Assembly (NCBI GenBank): GCA_032718475.1
Contig: JAUCBJ010001457.1
Location: 62,001 to 126,000, forward strand
Direction: 5' to 3'
Length of the DNA stretch: 64,000 bases
From: Nemertoderma westbladi
Taxonomy: Eukaryota; Animalia; Xenacoelomorpha
Both the position numbers and the translations under genes were made by a program. Of this stretch, positions 22,301 to 36,700 are shown piece after piece (positions within the stretch are counted from its first letter, which is position 1; every line of letters starts with the position of its first letter). Below the pieces are notes generated by a model, which had not been told where the DNA came from, did not search any database, and saw only the letters and a program-made list of their open reading frames with translations.

Positions 22301-25300
22301 ATTACTTTATACAGAGTCCAGGACCGCGCTGAATCTAACGGTATTACTTTATACAGAGCCCAGGACCGCGCTGAATCCAACGGTATTACTTTACAGAGCC
22401 CAGGACCACGCTGAATCCAACAGTATTACTTTATACAGAGCCCAGGACCGCGCTGAATCTAACGGTATTACTTTATACAGAGTCCAAGACCGCGCTGAAT
22501 CCAACGGTATTACTTTATACAGAGCCCAGGACCGCGCTGAATCTAACGGTATTACTTTATACAGAGCCCAGGACCGCGCTGAATCCAACGGTATTACTTT
22601 ACAGAGCCCAGGACCACGCTGAATCCAACAGTATTACTTTATACAGAGCCCAGGACCGCGCTGAATCTAACGGTATTACTTTATACAAAGTCCAAGACCG
22701 CGCTGAATCCAACGGTATTACTTTATACAGAGCCCAGGACCGCGCTGAATACAACGGTATTACTTTATACAGAGTCCAGGACCGCGCTGAATCTAACGGT
22801 ATTACTTTATACAGAGCCCAGGACCGCGCTGAATCCAACGGTATTACTTTACAGAGCCCAGGACCACGCTGAATCCAACAGTATTACTTTATACAGAGCC
22901 CAGGACCGCGCTGAATCTAACGGTATTACTTTATACAGAGTCCAAGACCGCGCTGAATCCAACGGTATTACTTTATACAGAGCCCAGGACCGCGCTGAAT
23001 ACAACGGTATTACTTTATACAGAGTCCAGGACCGCGCTGAATCCAACGGTATTACTTTATACAGAGCCCAGGACCGCGCTGAATCTAACGGTATTACTTT
23101 ATACAGAGACAAGGACCGCGCTGAATCTAACGGTATTACTTTATACAGAGTCCAGGACCGCGCTGAATCTAACGGTATTACTTTATACAGAGTCCAGGAC
23201 CGCGCTGAATCCAACGGTATTACTTTATACAGAGTCCAGGACCGCGCTGAATCCAACGGTATTACTTTATACAGAGTCCAGGACCACGCTGAATCTAACG
23301 GTATTACTTTATACAGAGCCCAGGACCACGCTGAATCCAACGGTATTACTTTATACAGAGTCCAGGACCGCGCTGAATCCAACGGTATTACTTTATACAG
23401 AGCCCAGGACCACGCTGCCTGAATCCAACGGTATTACTTTATACAGAGTCCAGGACCGCGCTGAATCTAACGGTATTACTTTATACAGAGTCCAGGACCG
23501 CGCTGAATCTAACGGTATTACTTTATACAGAGCCCAGGACCGCGCTGAATCCAACGGTATTACTTTATACAGAGCCCAGGACCGCGCTGAATCCAACGGT
23601 ATTACTTTATACAGAGCCCAGGACCACGCTGAATCCAACGGTATTACTTTATACAGAGCCCAGGACCACGCTGAATCCAACGGTATTACTTTATACAGAG
23701 TCCAGGACCACGCTGAATCCAACGGTATTACTTTATACAGAGCCCAGGACCGCGCTGAATCCAACGGTATTACTTTATACAGAGTCCAGGACCGCGCTGA
23801 ATCTAACGGTATTACTTTATACAGAGCCCAGGACCGCGCTGAATCCAACGGTATTACTTTATACAGAGTCCAGGACCACGATGAATACAACGGTATTACT
23901 TTATACAGAGTCCAAGACCGCGCTGAATCTAACGGTATTACTTTATACAGAGCCCAGGACCGCGCTGAATCCAACGGTATTACTTTATACAGAGCCCAGG
24001 ACCGCGCTGAATCCAACGGTATTACTTTATACAGAGCCCAGGACCACGCTGAATCCAACGGTATTACTTTATACAGAGCCCAGGACCACGCTGAATCCAA
24101 CGGTATTACTTTATACAGAGTCCAGGACCACGCTGAATCCAACGGTATTACTTTATACAGAGCCCAGGACCGCGCTGAATCCAACGGTATTACTTTATAC
24201 AGAGTCCAGGACCGCGCTGAATCCAACGGTATTACTTTATACAGAGCCCAGGACCGCGCTGAATCCAACGGTATTACTTTATACAGAGTCCAGGACCGCG
24301 CTGAATCCAACGGTATTACTTTATACAGTGCCCAGGACCGCGCTGAATCTAACGGTATTACTTTATACAGAGTCCAAGACCGCGCTGAATCCAACGGTAT
24401 TACTTTATACAGAGCCCAGGACCGCGCTGAATCTAACGGTATTACTTTATACAGAGTCCAAGACCGCGCTGAATCTAACGGTATTACTTTATACAGAGCC
24501 CAGGACCGCGCTGAATCCAACGGTATTACTTTATACAGAGTCCAGGACCGCGCTGAATCCAACGGTATTACTTTATACAGAGCCCAGGACCACGCTGAAT
24601 CCAACGGTATTACTTTATACAGAGTCCAGGACCATGCTGAATCCAACCCTATTACTTTATACAGAGCCCAGGACCGCGCTGAATCCAACAGTATTACTTT
24701 ATACAGTGCCCAGGACCGCGCTGAATCTAACGATATTACTTTATACAGAGTCCAAGACCGCGCTGAATCCAACGGTATTACTTTATACAGAGCCCAGGAC
24801 CGCGCTGAATCCAACGGTATTACTTTATACAGAGTCCAGGACCATGCTGAATCCAACGGTATTACTTTATACAGAGCCCAGGACCACGCTGAATCCAACG
24901 GTATTACTTTATACAGTGCCCAGGACCGCGCTGAATCTAACGATATTACTTTATACAGAGTCCAAGACCGCGCTGAATCCAACGGTATTACTTTATACAG
25001 AGCCCAGGACCGCGCTGAATCCAACGGTATTACTTTATACAGAGTCCAGGACCATGCTGAATCCAACGGTATTACTTTATACAGAGCCCAGGACCACGCT
25101 GAATCCAACGGTATTACTTTATACAGAGCCCAGGACCGCGCTGAATCCAACAGTATTACTTTATACAGTGCCCAGGACCGCGCTGAATCTAACGATATTA
25201 CTTTATACAGAGTCCAAGACCGCGCTGAATCCAACGGTATTACTTTATACAGAGCCCAGGACCGCGCTGAATCTAACGGTATTACTTTATACAGAGTCCA

Positions 25301-28300
25301 GGACCACGCTGAATCAAACGGTATTACTTTATACAGAGCCCAGGACCACGCTGAATCCAACGGTATTACTTTATACAGAGTCCAAGACCGCGCTGAATCC
25401 AACGGTATTACTTTATACAGAGCCCAGGACCGCGCTGAATCCAACGGTATTACTTTATACAGAGCCCAGGACCGCGCTGAATCTAATGGTGTTACTTTAT
25501 ACAGAGCCCAAGACCGCGCTGAATCCAACGGTATTACTTTATACAGAGCCCAGGACCACGCTGAATCCAACGGTATTACTTTATACAGAGCCCAAGACCG
25601 CGCTGAATCTAACGGTATTACTTTATACAGAGTCCAGGACCGCGCTGAATCCAACGGTATTACTTTATACAGAGCCCAGGACCGCGCTGAATACAACGGT
25701 ATTACTTTATACAGAGCCCAGGACCGCGCTGAATCCAACGGTATTACTTTATACAGAGCCCAGGACCACGCTGAATCCAACGGTATTACTTTATACAGAG
25801 CCCAGGACCGCGCTGAATACAACGGTATTACTTTATACAGAGCCCAGGACCACGCTGAATCCAACGGTATTACTTTATACAGAGCCCAGGACCGCGCTGA
25901 ATACAACGGTATTACTTTATACAGAGCCCAGGACCGCGCTGAATCCAACGGTATTACTTTATACAGTGCCCAGGACCACGCTGAATCCAACGGTATTACT
26001 TTATACAGAGTCCAGGACCGCGCTGAATCCAACGGTATTACTTTATACAGAGCCCAGGACCACGCTGAATCCAACGGTATTACTTTATACAGAGTCCAGG
26101 ACCGCGCTGAATCCAACGGTATTACTTTATACAGAGCCCAGGACCGCGCTGAATCAAACGGTATTACTTTATACAGAGCCCAGGACCACGCTGAATCCAA
26201 CGGTATTACTTTATACAGAGCCCAGGACCGCGCTGAATCCAACGGTATTACTTTATACAGAGCCCAGGACCACGCTGAATCCAACGGTATTACTTTATAC
26301 AGAGTCCAGGACCGCGCTGAATCCAACGGTATTACTTTATACAGAGCCCAGGACCGCGCTGAATCAAACGGTATTACTTTATACAGAGCCCAGGACCACG
26401 CTGAATCCAACGGTATTACTTTATACAGAGCCCAGGACCACGCTGAATCCAACGGTATTACTTTATACAGAGCCCAAGACCGCGCTGAATCTAACGGTAT
26501 TACTTAATACAGAGCCCAGGACCGCGCTGAATCCAACGGTATTACTTTATACAGAGCCCAGGACCACGCTGAATCCAACGGTATTACTTTATACAGAGTC
26601 CAGGACCGCGCTGAATCCAACGGTATTACTTTATACAGAGTCCAAGACCGCGCTGAATCAAACGGTATTACTTAATACAGAGCCCAGGACCGCGCTGAAT
26701 CCAACGGTATTACTTTATACAGAGCCCAGGACCGCGCTGAATCCAACGGTATTACTTTATACAGAGCCCAGGACCGCGCTGAATCAAACGGTATTACTTT
26801 ATACAGAGCCCAGGACCACGCTGAATCCAACGGTATTACTTTATACAGAGCCCAGGACCACGCTGAATCCAACGGTATTACTTTATACAGAGCCCAAGAC
26901 CGCGCTGAATCTAACGGTATTACTTAATACAGAGCCCAGGACCGCGCTGAATCCAACGGTATTACTTTATACAGAGCCCAGGACCACGCTGAATCCAACG
27001 GTATTACTTTATACAGAGTCCAGGACCGCGCTGAATCCAACGGTATTACTTTATACAGAGCCCAGGACCGCGCTGAATCAAACGGTATTACTTTATACAG
27101 AGCCCAGGACCACGCTGAATCCAACGGTATTACTTTATACAGAGCCCAGGACCGCGCTGAATCCAACGGTATTACTTTATACAGAGCCCAGGACCACGCT
27201 GAATCCAACGGTATTACTTTATACAGAGTCCAGGACCGCGCTGAATCCAACGGTATTACTTTATACAGAGCCCAGGACCGCGCTGAATCAAACGGTATTA
27301 CTTTATACAGAGCCCAGGACCGCGCTGAATCAAACGGTATTACTTTATACAGAGCCCAGGACCACGCTGAATCCAACGGTATTACTTTATACAGAGCCCA
27401 GGACCGCGCTGAATCAAACGGTATTACTTTATACAGAGCCCAGGACCGCGCTGAATCCAACGGTATTACTTTATACAGAGCCCAGGACCGCGCTGAATAC
27501 AACGGTATTACTTTATACAGAGTCCAAGACCGCGCTGAATCCAACGGTATTACTTTATACAGAGCCCAGGACCACGATGAATACAACGGTATTACTTTAT
27601 ACAGAGTCCAAGACCACGCTGAATCCAACGGTATTACTTTATACAGAGCCCAGGACCGCGCTGAATCCAACGGTATTACTTTATACAGAGCCCAGGACCG
27701 CGCTGAATCCAACGGTATTACTTTATACAGAGCCCAGGACCGCGCTGAATCCAACGGTATTACTTTATACAGAGCCCAGGACCACGCTGAATCTAACGGT
27801 ATTACTTTATACAGAGCCCAGGACCACGCTGAATCCAACGGTATTACTTTATACAGAGCCCAGGACCGCGCTGAATCCAACGGTATTACTTTATACAGAG
27901 CCCAGGACCGCGTTGAATCTAACGGTATTACTTTATACAGAGCCCAGGACCGCGCTGAATCCAACGGTATTACTTTATACAGAGCCCAGGACCACGCTGA
28001 ATCTAACGGTATTACTTTATACAGAGCCCAGGACCGCGCTGAATCCAACGGTATTACTTTATACAGAGTCCAAGACCGCGCTGAATCTAACGGTATTACT
28101 TTATACAGAGTCCAGGACCGCGCTGAATCCAACGGTATTACTTTATACAGAGCCCAGGACCACGATGAATACAACGGTATTACTTTATACAGAGTCCAAG
28201 ACCGCGCTGAATCCAACGGTATTACTTTATACAGAGCCCAGGACCGCGCTGAATCCAACGGTATTACTTTATACAGAGCCCAGGACCACAATGAATACAA

Positions 28301-31300
28301 CGGTATTACTTTATACAGAGTCCAAGACCGCGCTGAATCCAACGGTATTACTTTATACAGAGCCCAGGACCGCGCTGAATCCAACGGTATTACTTTATAC
28401 AGAGCCCAGGAGCGCGCTGAATCTAACGGTATTACTTTATACAGAGCCCAGGACCGCGCTGAATCCAACGGTATTACTTTATACAGAGCCCAGGACCGCG
28501 CTGAATCCAACGGTATTACTTTATACAGAGCCCAGGACCACGCTGCCTGAATCTAACGGTATTACTTTATACAGAGTCCAAGACCACGCTGAATCCAACG
28601 GTATTACTTTATACAGAGCCCAGGACCACGCTGAATCCAACGGTATTACTTTATACAGAGCCCAGGACCACGCTGAATCCAACGGTATTACTTTATACAG
28701 AGTCCAGGACCGCGCGAATCTAACTGTATTACTTTATACAGAGCCCAGGACCACGCTGAATCCAACGGTATTACTTTATACAGAGCCCAGGACCACGCTG
28801 AATCCAACGGTATTACTTTATACAGAGCCCAGGACCGCGCTGAATCCAACGGTATTACTTTATACAGAGCCCAGGACCGCGCTGAATCTAACGATATTAC
28901 TTTATACAGAGCCCAGGACCGCGCTGAATCCAACGGTATTACTTTATACAGAGCCCAGGACCGCGCTGAATCCAACGGTATTACTTTATACAGAGTCCAG
29001 GACCGCGCTGAATCTAACTGTATTACTTTATACAGAGCCCAGGACCACGCTGAATCCAACGGTATTACTTTATACAGAGCCCAGGACCGCGCTGAATCCA
29101 ACGGTATTACTTTATACAGAGCCCAGGACCGCGCTGAATCCAACGGTATTACTTTATACAGAGCCCAGGACCGCGCTGAATCCAACGGTATTACTTTATA
29201 CAGAGTCCAAGACCGCGCTGAATCCAACGGTATTACTTTATACAGAGTCCAAGACCGCGCTGAATCCAACGGTATTACTTTATACAGAGCCCAGGACCGC
29301 GCTGAATCCAACGGTATTACTTTATACAGAGTCCAAGACCACGCTGAATCCAACGGTATTACTTTATACAGAGCCCAGGACCGCGCTGAATCCAACGGTA
29401 TTACTTTATACAGAGTCCAAGACCGCGCTGAATCCAACGGTATTACTTTATACAGAGCCCAGGACCGCGCTGAATCCAACGGTATTACTTTATACAGAGC
29501 CCAGGACCGCGCTGAATCCAACGGTATTACTTTATACAGAGCCCAGGACCGCGCTGAATCCAACGGTATTACTTTATACAGAGTCCAAGACCGCGCTGAA
29601 TCCAACGGTATTACTTTATACAGAGTCCAAGACCGCGCTGAATCCAACGGTATTACTTTATACAGAGCCCAGGACCGCGCTGAATCCAACGGTATTACTT
29701 TATACAGAGTCCAAGACCGCGCTGAATCCAACGGTATTACTTTATACAGAGTCCAAGACCGCGCTGAATCCAACGGTATTACTTTATACAGAGTCCAAGA
29801 CCGCGCTGAATCCAACGGTATTACTTTATACAGAGCCCAGGACCACGCTGAATCCAACGGTATTACTTTATACAGAGTCCAAGACCGCGCTGAATCTAAC
29901 GGTATTACTTTATACAGAGCCCAGGACCGCGCTGAATCCAACGGTATTACTTTATACAGAGCCCAGGACCACGATGAATACAACGGTATTACTTTATACA
30001 GAGTCCAAGACCGCGCTGAATCGAACGGTATTACTTTATACAGAGCCCAGGACCGCGCTGAATCCAACGGTATTACTTTATACAGAGCCCAGGACCACGC
30101 TGAATACAACGGTATTACTTTATACAGAGTCCAAGACCGCGCTGAATCTAACGGTATTACTTTATACAGTGCCTAGACCACGCTGAATCTAACGGTATTA
30201 CTTTATACAGAGCCCAGGACCGCGCTGAATCCAACGGTATTACTTTATACAGAGCCCAGGACCACGCTGAATCTAACGGTATTACTTTATACAGTGCCCA
30301 GGACCGCGCTGAATCTAACGGTATTACTTTATACAGAGCCCAGGACCACGCTGAATCAAACGGTATTACTTTATACAGAGCCCAGGACCACGCTGAATCC
30401 AACGGTATTACTTTATACAGAGCCCAGGACCGCGCTGAATCCAACGGTATTACTTTATACAGAGCCCAGGACCGCGCTGAATCCAACGGTATTACTTTAT
30501 ACAGTGCCCAGGACCGCGCTGAATCTAACGGTATTACTTTATACAGAGCCCAGGACCACGCTGAATCAAACGGTATTACTTTATACAGAGCCCAGGACCA
30601 CGCTGAATCCAACGGTATTACTTTATACAGAGCCCAGGACCACGATGAATACAACGGTATTACTTTATACAGAGTCCAGGACCGCGCTGAATCCAACGGT
30701 ATTACTTTATACAGAGCCCAGGACCACGTTGAATCCAACGGTATTACTTTATACAGAGCCCAGGACCGCGCTGAATCTAACGGTATTACTTTATACAGAG
30801 CCCAGGAACGCGCTGAATCCAACGGTATTACTTTATACAGAGCCCAGGACCGCGCTGAATCCAACGGTATTACTTTATACAGAGCCCAAGACCACGCTGA
30901 ATCCAACGGTATTACTTTATACAGAGCCCAGGACCACGCTGAATCCAACGGTATTACTTTATACAGAGTCCAAGACCGCGCTGAATCCAACGGTATTACT
31001 TTATACAGAGTCCAAGACCGCGCTGAATCCAACGGTATTACTTTATACAGAGCCCAGGACCACGATGAATACAACGGTATTACTTTATACAGAGTCCAAG
31101 ACCGCGCTGAATCTAACGGTATTACTTTATACAGAGCCCAGGACCACGATGAATACAACGGTATTACTTTATACAGAGTCCAAGACCGCGCTGAATCTAA
31201 CGGTATTACTTTATACAGAGCCCAGGACCGCGCTGAATCCAACGGTATTACTTTATACAGAGCCCAGGACCACGATGAATACAACGGTATTACTTTATAC

Positions 31301-33732
31301 AGAGTCCAAGACCGCGCTGAATCTAACGGTATTACTTTATACAGAGCCCAGGACCACGATGAATACAACAGTATTACTTTATACAGAGTCCAAGACCGCG
31401 CTGAATCTAACGGTATTACTTTATACAGAGCCCAGGACCACGATGAATACAACGGTATTACTTTATACAGAGCCCAAGACCGCGCTGAATCTAACGGTAT
31501 TACTTTATACAGAGCCCAGGACCACGCTGCCTGAATCTAACGGTATTACTTTATACAGAGCCCAGGACCACGCTGAATCTAACGGTATTACTTTATACAG
31601 AGTCCAAGACCGCGCTGAATCCAACGGTATTACTTTATACAGAGTCCAAGACCGCGCTGAATCTAACGGTATTACTTTATACAGAGTCCAGGACCGCGCT
31701 GAATCCAACGGTATTAGTTTATACAGAGCCCAGGACCGCGCTGAATCTAATGGTGTTACTTTATACAGAGCCCAGGACCGCGCTGAATCCAACGGTATTA
31801 CTTTATACAGAGTCCAGGACCGCGCTGAATCTAACGGTATTACTTTATACAGAGCCCAGGACCGCGCTGAATCCAACGGTATTACTTTATACAGAGCCCA
31901 GGACCACGCTGAATCCAACGGTATTACTTTATACAGAGCCCAGGACCACGCTGAATCCAACGGTATTACTTTATACAGAGCCCAGGACCGCGCTGAATCA
32001 AACGGTATTACTTTATACAGAGTCCAGGACCACGCTGAATCCAACGGTATTACTTTATACAGAGCCCAGGACCGCGCTGAATCCAACGGTATTACTTTAT
32101 ACAGAGCCCAGGACCACACTGAATCCAACGGTATTACTTTATACAGAGCCCAGGACCACGCTGAATCCAACGGTATTACTTTATACAGAGCCCAGGACCA
32201 CGCTGAATCCAACGGTATTACTTTATACAGAGTCCAGGACCACGCTGAATCCAACGGTATTACTTTATACAGAGCCCAGGACCGCGCTGAATCTAACGGT
32301 ATTACTTTATACAGAGCCCAGGACCGCGCTGAATCCAACGGTATTACTTTATACAGAGTCCAAGACCGCGCTGAATCCAACGGTATTACTTTATACAGAG
32401 TCCAAGACCGCGCTGAATCCAACGGTATTACTTTATACAGAGCCCAGGACCACGCTGAATCCAACGGTATTACTTTATACAGAGCCCAGGACCACGCTGA
32501 ATCCAACGGTATTACTTTATACAGAGTCCAGGACCACGCTGAATCCAACGGTATTACTTTATACAGAGCCCAGGACCGCGCTGAATCTAACGGTATTACT
32601 TTATACAGAGCCCAGGACCGCGCTGAATCTAACGGTATTACTTTATACAGAGCCCAGGACCGCGCTGAATCCAACGGTATTACTTTATACAGAGTCCAAG
32701 ACCGCGCTGAATCCAACGGTATTACTTTATACAGAGCCCAGGACCGCGCTGAATCCAACGGTATTACTTTATACAGAGCCCAGGACCGCGCTGAATCTAA
32801 CGGTATTACTTTATACAGAGTCCAGGACCACGCTGAATCCAACGGTATTACTTTATACAGAGCCCAGGACCGCGCTGAATCTAACGGTATTACTTTATAC
32901 AGAGCCCAGGACCGCGCTGAATCAAACGGTATTACTTTATACAGAGTCCAAGACCGCGCTGAATCCAACGGTATTACTTTATACAGAGCCCAGGACCGCG
33001 CTGAATCTAACTGTATTACTTTATACAGAGTCCAAGACCGCGTTGAATCCAACGGTATTACTTTATACAGAGCCCAGGACCGCGCTGAATCAAACGGTAT
33101 TACTTTATACAGAGTCCAAGACCGCGCTGAATCCAACGGTATTACTTTATACAGAGCCCAGGACCGCGCTGAATCTAACTGTATTACTTTATACAGAGTC
33201 CAAGACCGCGTTGAATCCAACGGTATTACTTTATACAGAGCCCAGGACCGCGCTGAATCAAACGGTATTACTTTATACAGAGTCCAAGACCGCGCTGAAT
33301 CCAACGGTATTACTTTATACAGAGCCCAGGACCGCGCTGAATCTAACTGTATTACTTTATACAGAGTCCAAGACCGCGTTGAATCCAACGGTATTACTTT
33401 ATACAGAGTCCAGGACCACGCTGAATCCAACGGTATTACTTTATACAGAGCCCAGGACCACGCTGAATCCAACGGTATTACTTTATACAGAGCCCAGGAC
33501 CACGCTGAATCCAACGGTATTACTTTATACAGAGCCCAGGACCGCGCTGAATCCAACGGTATTACTTTATACAGAGCCCAGGACCGCGCTGAATCCAACG
33601 GTATTACTTTATACAGAGCCCAGGACCGCGTTGAATCCAACGGTATTACTTTATACAGAGCCCAGGACCGCGTTGAATCCAACGGTATTACTTTATACAG
33701 AGTCCAGGACCGCGCTGAATCCAACGGTATTA
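19319..33732. repeat. Satellite C, 42-bp unit, left block (~340 units)
   Basis: Unit attactttatacagagcccaggaccgcgctgaatccaacggt with a few recurrent substitutions. Confidence 0.99.
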
Positions 33733-36700
33733 ATATACCAAAATATGAACGGGAAATTATAAAGTTCTCGATGGCAGGTAGCGAATCCTCCCATTTCATC
33801 CATTTCTTTAATAGTTCTCCCTTGAGTGGATCGTCCCACGAGTGGTTTTCTAGCCACATTTGTTGTACTAAACTCCGAGCAATCAATATAACTGGGCTAA
33901 TAAATCCCAAGGGATCGAAATAAGTGCTCAGAATACTTAAACAAATCCGTTTGGTCCGAACTGGATTATCTCGCTGTTTTAACTGAAAAAACAGGATGTC
34001 TCTTTCTGTGTCCCACTTCAAGCCAAGTGTCTTGGTTTCCGGAAGATCATCATGTATTAAGTCGAGATCTTTTGATCCCCGGTCTTCTACAGATATTGCT
34101 TCCAGAAACTCACGGGAGTTGCTGGTGAACTTCGTCAACCGAAATCCACCTCTTTTCAAACACTCAACCGTTCCTTTCGCGACATCAATGGCTTCCTTTA
34201 CTGATGGAAGGGACTTTAGATTGTCGTCCATGTATATGTCTCGTTTGATATTATCTATCACCTCTTTGGAGAAGGCATTCCGGTTGTCATCCGCAGTGGT
34301 ACGGACCACTGAGCAGGCATTTGAAGGGCTTGATATAATCCCAAAAGCCTGGATGGTCATCCAGTACTCTACCGGTGTCTGGTTGAGATCTCCTTCAGGC
34401 CACCACAGGAATCTTAGGCTGTCTCTATCACGATCCAACGCCTTGACTTGTAGGAACATTCCTTCTATATCGGAGGCGAACGCGATGGAATATTGTCTTA
34501 ATCTCAACAGTATCCCCAACAAAGATTGGAGCAAGTTGGGTCCTGGTAACAACTCGGAATTAAGGGATTGGCCCATATATAGGGCGGAGCCATCAAATAC
34601 GACCCGTACTTCATGGGGTTTACCGGGTTTGGGAACATAATGATGTGTTAGATAATAAGTCCTTTCAGTTATTGGAGTTCCTTCCGGTACTCGTTCCGCA
34701 TATCCCTTTGTGATAAATTTCTTCAACTGAGTTTGGTACATTTCCTTAGCTGAAGCGTTTGCCGTAAGACGTCGATGTAATTGATTGATTCTTTTCTCAG
34801 CCAAGGGTCTGTTATTTATAAATCTGGGTTCACGTTTTCGGAAGGGTAGTCCGATTTCGTATCTACCTTGATCTTTTAAAAAACGTGTAGTTGTTTCCTG
34901 GATTTGCTTGGCTCTTTCTTCTTCTATTGACAGGGCTTTGTCGTATGAATTGGGTTCTACCAATTCTTGGGTAAAGAATCGTACGGCGAGTTCGTCCCGA
35001 GTTCTAGCGTTGTAGCGCTCTACCTCGTCATTAAGTTCGTCATTATAAATAATGGATTCCGTTGGGCGAATCAGTTGACATAGGTTCGTTTGGTTTTTCC
35101 AAGTTTGGTTTTCGGTAAGTAGGTCAAATGTGTTCTCTTCTTCGTAGAGTTGGTAGATGTCGTCATTATCCGAGGAGTATGGTGTTCCCTCAGTTAGTTC
35201 GTCCACCTCGCTGCTTTCCTCCTCCCAATCGCTTACCTGATATATTTGTTCGTGGGGCATTCTCTCTTCTAGAGTTCTACGGGAAGGGCCAGTAAAGTAC
35301 CAACCTACTCTAGTTCTTACCGCATAAGTTTGCAGTGGCTGTGGTTGAGCAGGCCGTTTCTCTAATGTTTCGAGCGCCTCATGCGCGTTTTGGCCGATAA
35401 GTATTTGCACTCCAGGATAGTCTGTCCGGAATCGAGGTATCTTAAGATGTTGGACGCTCTCATCCTCGTCCCAATTGTAAAGGTCTGCTTGGGTAGTAGC
35501 GAAGTTCTTTATAGCCACCATTTTTACTGACCTTACACCTTGCGTTCCTAACTTATCCTGGGGGGTGGACAACACACCTACATAGTAATCTACCGTCAGG
35601 GTAGATTTCCAAACCTGCATAATTCCTGACATATTCAATTTAGTCCGGAACTTGGGTTGTCCAGCAAAGATATCTTCGGCTAGCTCTTGATCTATGAATG
35701 TTCCTGTGCTGCCTGAGTCAAGTAGGGCGTTCACTATGTAGCTTTTGTTAATACCGTGAACTCTTACCTGAACTACAGGAAATTCTCTAATTCCTACGTT
35801 GGAAGTTGGAGCTTTCCAAGATAATTGTTTGGCAAAAGTAGTAGGGGGGAACTCCTCGTTGATATCCTTTTCGTAAGTAAGTGCTCGATACACCGTGGTG
35901 TTTATTAGATAACAGGATTCATTGGCGTCGGAGAATTCGTCAGTATAAAATCCTTCCATCTCAGACTCCTGATCAGTGTCGTTTACATCACTGAATTGGA
36001 CATGTAGTTCGGACTCACTTACCTGACTCGGCTTGTCTCGTTCGAACTCACTATGTAACAAGATGTGATGTTTCGCACCACACTTTTCACACTTTATGTC
36101 GGAGTAACAGGTTCGCCGTTGGTGTCCTGGTCTGAGGCAATTATAACATAACCGCTTGTCCCACACAACTGTACGTCTGTCTACAAGGGATTTCTTTAGA
36201 AATTCCGCACACGCACTCAAACGGTGGGTCCTGTCACACAGCGCACAGTTAGGTTTTATGTTACTTACTTTACCCTGGGTAGTCTGATGCACTCTCGTTC
36301 TTTCTTCGGGCTTTCTTCCGCGCATTCTGTTAGGAGACTGAGGAGGGGTCTTAGTAACTTGTTCTCTCCTATTATTGGTTCGAGCTTTGTATTTACTTAC
36401 GTCCTTGGAGGTTTTGTCAACATAATACGATCTATCTGTATCTTTCCCGCTGTCCTCTTCTTGGGAAGCTTGGCTTTCGCCGTCGTCAGTGTAACACACC
36501 GGTGTTACTCTTCTCCTAGAAGTAGGTTTCTCACTTACCTTATTTTCCGATGTTTTCTCTCTGGACTGCTTGATGAGTTGTAATTTGACTTCACCATCTA
36601 AGAAAGACATGAGATCAGCCATGGTTGGACTTCGTCGTTGTTGTTCATTCATGTACAACACTTTCTTGTCCCAGCGTGTACATACTCCACCCTTTGGTAA

